From the human T2T-CHM13v2.0 reference genome, Homo sapiens, in the NCBI RefSeq assembly GCF_009914755.1, contig NC_060928.1: a stretch of DNA of 64,000 nt; one strand, written 5' to 3'. Both the position numbers and the translations under genes were made by a program. Below the pieces are notes generated by a model. It was not told the origin of the DNA. It saw only the letters and a list, made by a program, of their open reading frames with translations, and searched no databases. Below are positions 55,747-64,000 of the stretch, piece by piece (the stretch's first letter is position 1; every line of letters starts with the position of its first letter).

Positions 55747-56534
55747 TCAGCACAAAGATGAGAATGGATGAGAGAGGGAGAAAAACAGGAACTCAGGCTG
55801 AGAAGAGGTACACAGCAGAGAAGCTGGAAAAAGAGATAGAAGGAGCAGCTTAAGACAGGAGGAAAACCAGGAGAGAGCAATGCCGCAGAAGTCTCTGATG
55901 TTGAGACAGGGTCGAGAGTGTCCAGAGTTGTAGTGGGTCAAGCCAGATATGGACTTGCATAATTCTTGGGTTGGCATGGGAAGGCTGTTGGCATCTTCCA
56001 CAGGTGCAGTTTCATGGGCTGATGAGAGTAGTAGGTGGAATGATGGGTATGGACATGGAAACAAACATCCTAGTTTCTGAAGTCTACATCTCTAGGGCAG
56101 GTATTTTAATTCCCAGGAAAGCAAAGTCTCCAACCACAAGAACAAAGCTGTTATGAAATATTAACAGTCACCAGGTGAGGCAGAGTGGGGATTGCTAGTC
56201 TCTGCACAGGAGTTGTTTTGGCGTCCCCGGAAACCACACCACCTATGCAGATTGGTGGTCCATCTTTCAGCAGCCCTGCTCAGGAATGTGCTCACAGTGT
56301 CCAGAAAATGTATTGTATTGTTTCTATGTTGGCATTTGACTGTTTTGGACATAATAAAGAGTGACCTTGCCTTACTTTCCTGTCAAATTATCTCTTTAGT
56401 CTTGGTTTTAAAGTGTGTCTTCTACCAACTGGGCTAAAGAAGTGCAGGCTTCTGTGAGTAGTCCATAGTTCTGGGCATGAGGTATGGCAGGGCATTATTT
56501 AGGATTTATCTTTTTTCTCCCTGTTTTCATTCTC

Positions 56535-56536
<2 letters not shown>

Positions 56537-56588
<52 letters not shown>
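56537..56588 (+). repeat. (TG)26 microsatellite
   Basis: Read directly from the sequence. Confidence 0.98.
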
Positions 56589-56591
<3 letters not shown>

Positions 56592-56762
56592 AAATATATT
56601 ATAGCCATACAGAGTTCTAGAAGGTGGTCAACACATTATATATTTAATTAATTAATTGAAAAGTTCAAAATAACAACAAAAGAAACCTGAAAATTTTAAG
56701 GACAAAGAGATAGTGTTGGGGAAAGGGAAGTAGCATTTATTTAGTGCTTATTATGCTCTAAG

Positions 56763-56917
56763 ACAGCTCTTCCTGGTCAAACTGTGTCCATTGACCAGTG
56801 ACGTTAGTATCAATTGGGAGCTTGTCAGAAATGTACACTGTAAGCCCCACTCAGAGCCACCTACTCAGAATCTACGTCCCGTATGATTGTGCACACACTA
56901 GAGTTTGAGAAACACTG
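56763..56917. mobile_element. MER5A hAT-Charlie MITE inserted in a MIR
   Basis: tgggagcttgtcagaaatg...agccccac...acctactcagaatct...agtttgagaaacactg. Confidence 0.75.
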
Positions 56918-56984
56918 CTCTGGGTTGATTATAAATTGTCCCATTTATTCCTCATAGCAAAGCCGTGAAGTACAGGTAATTATA

Positions 56985-57788
56985 CCCCAGATCAGTCAGG
57001 GTCACTGGAGAAACAGAACCAGCAGTAGATAATATTAAAAGATTTATTACAAGGAATTGGCATACATGACTGTAGGGGTTGGCTAAGCAAGTCTTTTACT
57101 GCAACTACTCTGCCACTACAGTGGGAAAACTGTCATGGATGATATGTAAATGAATGAGTGAGCTGGGTTCTCATAAAATACACTGAAATTTGAATTACAT
57201 AAAATTCTCATGTGATACAAAATATTTTTTTTTCCCCTAACTATTTAAACTTGTAAAAACTGTTCTTAGCTTGTGGGCAAGACAAGTATAGGCAGTGCAT
57301 TGTATTTGGCCCACAGGCTATAGTCTGTCAGACCTTGATCTATAATATGTACTTGGGTACTTAACTGCAAATATCAACTAAATTCTGACTAGTCCACATC
57401 TATAGGACAGGCAGCCAGGAAGATTGTGGGCAGTCTGCAACCCCTGGGCATGAGCTGAAGCTGTTCTCCACAGGGAAGTCAGGAAGGGATGATTCAGTGA
57501 AGGGAGAGCAATTGTGGACCCAGGTGCTGTTTGGAGCCTCATTGACAAGGAAGAGCCCAATCCCTTATAAAGGCCCACCTGATTAGGTCAGGCCCATCAA
57601 AGATGATGTCTGTAGCTTAAAGTCAACTGATTAGGGATTTTGTTAACATCTGTGAAATCTCACAGCAGCATCTAGATTAGTGTTTGACTAAATAACTGGG
57701 AAAAAGTTTATGTATGCTACCAATGGCTCTGTCCTTCCTTCTGTGCTCATAGTTTAGCCTAGCCCTGTTGACATGAAAAACCATCACA
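56985..57788 (-). mobile_element. MLT2-type ERVL LTR with a nested MER58-like element (about 57095-57337)
   Basis: gagaaacagaaccagcag...gatttattacaaggaattggc; cttaaagtcaactgatt...ctagattagtgtttgactaaataactggg...accatcaca. MER58B-like text: cactgaaatttgaatt...atttggcccacaggctatagt. Confidence 0.8.
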
Positions 57789-57811
57789 TCTTCATTTTTC
57801 AGCAAACAGAT

Positions 57812-57866
57812 GTCATAGGCCTAGTAAGTGGTGCCCTTGGGTCATAGGCCTAGTAAGTGGTGCCCT
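57812..57866. repeat. 29-bp-period tandem duplication within a MIR
   Basis: gtcataggcctagtaagtggtgccct at 57812-57837 and 57841-57866. Confidence 0.93.
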
Positions 57867-60386
57867 GGCATTCAACCCCAGGACTGTCTACCATGATGCT
57901 TCTAGAAGTATTATCACTTTTCAAGATGTGTTGATGAGACCAGTACTTGTAGAATTAATGCTGCGTGTCAGTTGATCAAAAATTATTTGCAAAGCTCCTG
58001 TTGTATCTTGTGTAGGAGCCTGTGGTAGGTAGGCACTTTGTGAGTGTGATTTAGTTGAAAGCAAATAGAGTGAAAGGCAAGTCAACTGACTGAAGGGGTT
58101 TATGGCATGTAGCTGTTTTATTGGCTTGAGCTTTGTTAAAGTAAACTTGATTTATCAAGATTATTGTCTTGCAGAATTTAGATGGAATGTATTTGTGCCA
58201 GAGTTTATAGATTGCAGGTTAGTTGTTAGCCTTTTCAGATAAAACTGCAGATGGTATTTGAATCCCTATGCTCACGGGATTGTTTTTCACTTTAGAGGCT
58301 GTTTGTAAGCTTAGGTTATTAGCTTTAGAGAAGATTTGAATATGAGTATTTTTTTAATCTAATAAAGTTATTTGCTTTTCTTGATTGTTAGAAAAAAACT
58401 CCAGCAAGTTGTGACCAGACGCCTTGCATTCCTGACTGGTTGATTGTCATACAGTTTTATTTTGAGAACATGCAGTATTTTGGTTAGCATGTAAAAATAT
58501 CTATACTTGATGCAGATCAGAACAAGCAAAATCTTTGAACTGTAGACAGCTAATAAGTGCAATTTGCCTACTTCTTGAAAATCATCAACCTTGGCTTTGA
58601 CTCTTGTCTGTTTGTGATTTCTGTGTCTTTGTTCTCAGACTCTCTTGTCCTATCCTAATAACCTATGTTTCAATCAAGGCTTAATTTGGCATTTTCTATT
58701 CAAAATGCTTTTGTGGTTCTTTTTGAGGCTATCCTCTTTGCTGACCCTTTCCTATAAACCTGCTGAGTCTCGTTGCTTTCTTGTGCCTCATGACTCCAAA
58801 AAACACTTAACCTTAAGGTTGAATATTCCACAGTTGTCATGGGAAAAGTGCTGTGTGTAAGACATATAGCTGTTTGGTAACATCAGAAACTTGGGGTTTT
58901 CAACATACATAGGTCAGGAAATTGATAACCTATGGTTAAACTTGCAGAAGATTCATATTTTACTTTTTCCACAAACAGCTTTGATGAATGTCTGATTTTT
59001 TTAGAGAGTTGAGAAACAGCTGTTTGATAGACTGCTTGGGAAATTAAGATCTTGCTCATACTTTTTTTTTTTTCCTCCAAGAATCATGAAACCTTGATAG
59101 GAGCCTGGGCCAGAGAATACTAAATGGTGATCAGTTATCAGGGATATCTATTATAAATGCCATCTGTTCAAGGCTTCACATATATTTAATAGCATATTTT
59201 GCTGAAGTACTCTATTTATCATAAAGCCTGTCACTTGTGAACTATGTGGAAGTGTGTATTAATTTGGAGCCACCGTATTAAGTTTGAATCACATGAGGCT
59301 TATTAGCATTTGCCAGGTCAGGACCTGCTTGGATTCTCACCCCATTGTTTTATATAGATATAGTTTTAAGACAAACTTACTGGTTTTTTTCATGTAAAGC
59401 TTGTCACCCAGACCACAGCAGGAATATGCAATGTGACACAAATCACTGTACAAACGGTTGCAGCTGTATTCTTCAATGATTTCCCAGTAGACAACATCAA
59501 AATTGTGTTCTGATTAGTTATTTTCTAGTGGCAACTAAATATATAAATAACAAGAAGATCGTAATGTGATGGGAGTTTCCCGGGGTAAAAACCCTTAATG
59601 GGTCATGCTATTGCTTTTCTGTGTTTTGTCTTCTTTTCATTCTGCTGCTCTGCTATGTCTAATTATGCCTAAACTCCAGCAGAAGTTTTATTTGTGTATT
59701 TTATGCCAACATGTATTATAGTAATATATGTACTTAGCTTCTCTCCAAATCTTTGAGCCTAAAATCTGGTCTGATTTACTTTAGTTTTTTCCAAAGCACA
59801 CAATAAATATTTTTGAGGGAATGCATGCATGGATGAGAATGAAAGTGTTGCCTCATTTAAAGAGAAACTGTGGTCAACTCTCTATACAAATGGTAGAAAC
59901 GAGAGGTGGAAGGGACATATTCTAGAGTCCAGTTTCCTTTCCTGGTGTTTGAAGGTTCAAACAGAGCTGCAAAGCTACTTGTATGTTCTTCACTGTGTTA
60001 CTTTGTTGGAGAAAATGAATCTTTTAATCAAGCGTGATGTTTTAGAAGAGGCACCCATGGAGTGATGAAAGGGGAGAGGGCCCTTAGCTTTGTCCTCATC
60101 AGCTGGACAAGCAGAAGGATGACATCACCCCCACACCTGCCTTTCTAATTGGGTGAGATGATGATTCATAGACCCCATTTACAAAGGTGTGGAGGGGTGA
60201 TAGCTGACTTTTGCCCTTTGTAGAAGTTATTCCTCAAACTTTGTACCCATAGTTGGCAGCCTCAGGCCTCAGGTGTCCTACTGTCTCCCCAGGCATTTCT
60301 GGGGGAGAAGTCAAGGAACTAAAGTCATAGCTAAAATTAAGACTATTGCCCCTCAGAAAGATATCTGTCCTCATGGTGAGACATAG

Positions 60387-60712
<326 letters not shown>

Positions 60713-61077
60713 CCTGTTGCTATTCTTAAAGACAGCATCAGCATTTGATTTTATGTGTCTGTTTCAGTACATCAGGATCAACAGAGGTGCTGTTGGTGAT
60801 GCAATTAAACAAGACCTTAAGAATCTGGTACTAAAGTTTAAATTCACCAAGTGTAGGGTGCATATGATTAACGAGAGGTAGAATTTGTCTGAGTGGGGTC
60901 TTGGTCACCTGTCAACAGTTATCCTTCCTTTGCCTTTTCCCCTTTCTTTCTATGGAAACAAATACTCTATAGCTGTAGTGGTATGCATTTACATAAACTT
61001 GATTCCTTCCTCTGTGGAGAAAAGGAAGGTGTCTTATCAGCCAGGGTTCTACCAGAGAAACAGAACCAGTAGGACAG

Positions 61078-61085
61078 TCTATCTG

Positions 61086-61133
<48 letters not shown>
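61078..61133 (+). repeat. TCTA TCTG (TCTA)12 tetranucleotide STR
   Basis: Read directly from the sequence. Confidence 0.97.
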
Positions 61134-61134
<1 letters not shown>

Positions 61135-61136
61135 AT

Positions 61137-61216
61137 TTAGGTTGGTGCAAAGGTAATTGAGGTTTTGACCATTACTTTTAATGTCAAAAACTGCAATTAC
61201 TTTTGCATCAACCTAA
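61137..61216. mobile_element. MADE1 (Hsmar1-derived 80-bp palindromic MITE)
   Basis: ttaggttggtgcaaaggtaattgagg...aattacttttgcatcaacctaa; 80 bp; two ~37-bp TIRs. Confidence 0.95.
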
Positions 61217-62399
61217 TATTTCAGGGAATTGGCTCATCTGATGATGGAGGCTGGCTAGGCCACTGGACCTTGCAGTCCACAGGTGAAATTTTTTCCTCCT
61301 CAGGGAAACTTCAGCTCTACTCATAAGGCCTTTCAACTGTTTGGATCAGGCCCAACAAGAATATAAAGGAACATTGCTTTTACTTAAAGTCAACTGATTA
61401 TAGATGTTGATCACATCTATAAAATTACCTTCACAGTAATGCCTAGATTAGCATTTGATTGAATAACTGGGGACTGTAGCTTAGCCAAGTTGACACATAA
61501 AACTGACCATCACATAAGGGTTTTTGCACATTGAGCTCCAGATTTTATATGGACTCTGTAAAGGGAAACATTCTGTATTTTTCTAATGAAGGGTCACCAA
61601 TACCATAATCACTGGTTTAGTCCTTGCATAGACAGTTGGCATTACTCTGTCCCCGTCCTCATGCTATAAATGACTATAAAAGGGCAGCGGTATGGATGGA
61701 CAGTCATAAAAACACCATTATGGGTGAAAAACAGCTCAAAGTATGTGCCCTACAGATGCGGTTTTATTTCCAGCTATTATCTAATTAATTATGTCCAGGT
61801 GAAGAGGCATGTGGCATTACTGCCGAACTGTAGGTGAGACCCAGACTAAGGCAAAAGGTTTGCTCATGTTAAAGGATACAGTAAGTCATTGGAGGACTGC
61901 CTGGGGATATACATCATCTGCTTCTAGTTCTGACATATTTACCTGTAAGCTTTGCCTCTCCTGACTTATCTGACCACATGTATGATTATATCATGTCTCA
62001 TTTAAATGCACAATTGTGGATAATATTTTCATTAAACTTAGTTTTGACTTCTCAAAACTGGAGGATAAAAGAAATACTCCCTGCTTAGCTGCATTGGAGA
62101 TGAATGGACGAGGTAGTGCATCCCACTTGGTTTCCTTCAGTTCAGACTGGACTGCCATAATCATTTTCTCTGATATTCCTATAATGAGCTTTCACTTTCT
62201 TGATCACTTTCGTTGAACTTCCCTGTGTCTTCTTGCATTGTTCTTGGAATACTGAGGCTGGAAACATGTACTCAGTTCTTCAGGTTCAGAACATGATATG
62301 AGCAGAAGATAAGGATGTGTTTCTATCATCCCAAGGATGTTTTTGCTGGATCTTTCTCCTTTAAAAGTTGATGTGTCCCAAACTTTTAGGGATGTAGGC

Positions 62400-63520
62400 C
62401 TTCTTCTCTTGCTGTAGTCTCTTTCCAAGTGTTCTCATTCGGCTCTATGGTTCAAATATGTCTGTACTGACTTAAAAATTCTTCCCTCTAGCCCTGACCT
62501 CTCCCATGGCAGACACAGATGGCAAGTCTCTATTTTACTTCTCTATTTGCATATATAATAATCCTCAGATTTCACAAGTTCAAAAAAGAACTCTTTATTC
62601 CATATTCCCTTCCCAATCAATTTCTTCCAATTTCCCTTTACCTCATATAATTTTTGGCTAAAGCCAAATGTCTCATAGTTGTTTCTAATTCTACCCTCCA
62701 CATCCAATGCATATAAATTCTACTTCCTAAAGTAGACCCTCAAACCTATTCCAAAAATTTTTCATCTTTTGCCTGCACTGATGCATTAGCCATCTAACCT
62801 GGTTCTGTTGTTTCTACTGTTGGCCAGCTACATCCTTTCCTGGCCGCAGAAAACCTCAGCTAAATATATTAAATTCAGATCAGGCCCTTTCTTTTGTATA
62901 ATTTCTTCTGATGCTTTTCTGGTGCACTTAGTGCACACTCTTTACCTTGGTCTGCATCTTCCTGCCTCCCCCTCAGACCTCAGCTCAGATTCTTCACCTT
63001 ATGACCCACTACAGTACAGCCGCTGTGACTTCCTTTCCTCACATGTCAGTCAAATTTGTTACTAGCCCAAGCTTTTGCACTGTTTAGTCTTTCTCCCTGG
63101 AATACTCCCTCAGAAACCCCACATGACTGGCTCCCCCTCCTTCTTCAGATCTCATTGTAAAATCACTTCCTCAGAGAGGCCTTCCCTGTCTATGCTCTCT
63201 GAACTGGTCATTTCTCCCACCTCCCTTCTTCATTTCCCCCATTCACTGCTTTTTTTTTTCTTCCCATTGTTTGGTTATTTACTGTTTATCATCATCTGCT
63301 AGAATGTACTATTGTGAAGGCAAAGTCTTCCCACCCACCTATCCTCTTTTCCTCCTTCTCTCCCTTCTTTCCTTCTTTCTTTCCCTCCTTCCATCCCCCA
63401 TCCCCCCACCACACCCCTTCCCTTCCCTTCCATTCCCTTCCCTTCCCTTCCCTTCCCAGTTTCCCATAGCACAAGATAGTACCTGACACAGAGAATTTGC
63501 TTAGTACATGTTATTTGAAT
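62400..63520 (+). mobile_element. L2 LINE 3' part with an embedded pyrimidine low-complexity tract (about 63335-63457)
   Basis: ctctagccctgacctctcc...ggctccccctccttcttcagatctc...cacttcctcagagaggccttccctg...ctagaatgta...; (CCCTT)n. Confidence 0.75.
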
Positions 63521-63594
63521 GGTTACACAAATGGTTGTTTGTTTTATTGTGCTTCTGTTGTGTAGCAATGTACTAGGCTGACAGTTTCAAGGGG

Positions 63595-64000
63595 TTCCAT
63601 GGACTGAATTGTTTACACTGCCAAATTCATATGTTTAAGACCTAACATCCAATGTGAGTATATTTGGAGATAGGGCCTTTACAGAAGTAATTAAGATAAA
63701 ACAACAAAAGATGTAATTAGGGTTAAATGAGGTCATAAGAGTGGGATCTTGATCCCATAGACTTAGTGTGATTATAAGAAAAGGAAGAGAGACCAGAGCT
63801 CACTTGCTGTCTCCATACGTGCACACTGAAAAACACTCAGTGAGAAGGTGGCCATCTGCAAGCCGGGAAGACTCCTCACCAGAAAATGAATTGGCTGGCA
63901 GCTTGCTCTTGGACTTTTCAGCCTCCAGAACTGTGAGAAGAAATTTCTGTTGCTTAAGCCACCCAGTCTACGTATATTGTTATAGCACCCTCAGCAAACT
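63595..64000 (+). mobile_element. MLT1A-type MaLR LTR, cut by the window edge
   Basis: atggactgaattgt...tatttggagatagggccttt...gttaaatgaggtcataagagtggg...gagaaggtggccatctgcaagcc...cagcctccagaactgtgagaa. Confidence 0.9.

Larger units (their letters stand above)
61030..61513 (-). mobile_element. MLT2D-like ERVL LTR containing a (TCTA)n STR and a MADE1
   Basis: cagggttctaccagagaaacagaaccagtagga...tacttaaagtcaactgattatagatgtt...agccaagttgacacataaaactgaccatcaca. Confidence 0.88.

Noticed and set aside
61665-61690. TATAAAAG TATA box as a promoter
   Set aside because: Isolated motif with no CpG island, downstream exon or other support; expected by chance in AT-rich DNA

Overview
Primate (almost certainly human) genomic DNA with no intact protein-coding exon that I can support. 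It is a mosaic of mammalian interspersed repeats (L1, L2, L3/CR1, HAL1, Alu, MIR, MaLR/ERVL LTRs, Tigger/Charlie/mariner MITEs) plus one near-full-length processed pseudogene of SERBP1 on the minus strand (53023-54949). From memory, a minus-strand SERBP1 retrocopy (SERBP1P5) lies in the very long early intron of FRAS1 on 4q21, so the window may be deep intronic sequence of a plus-strand gene; this is unverified. The most unusual structures are: (1) a ~460-bp, ~93% identical inverted duplication of mostly non-repeat DNA (48679-49148 / 51070-51527) inserted into an MLT1B LTR next to a 23-bp fold-back; (2) a TSD-flanked, polyadenylated retro-insertion (29853-31368) made of antisense L1 plus a foreign AATAAA-bearing tail, suggesting a retrocopied chimeric transcript or orphan transduction; (3) a local templated copy of an L1PB1 segment that later expanded a TA-rich repeat; (4) a CpG-rich, antisense SERBP1 retrocopy with an intact 149-codon N-terminus; (5) a strong candidate recursive splice site at 10000/10001. 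Repeat subfamily names come from recalled consensus sequences, and boundaries of old repeats are approximate. No prokaryotic-type system (CRISPR, operon, rRNA, tRNA) is present.
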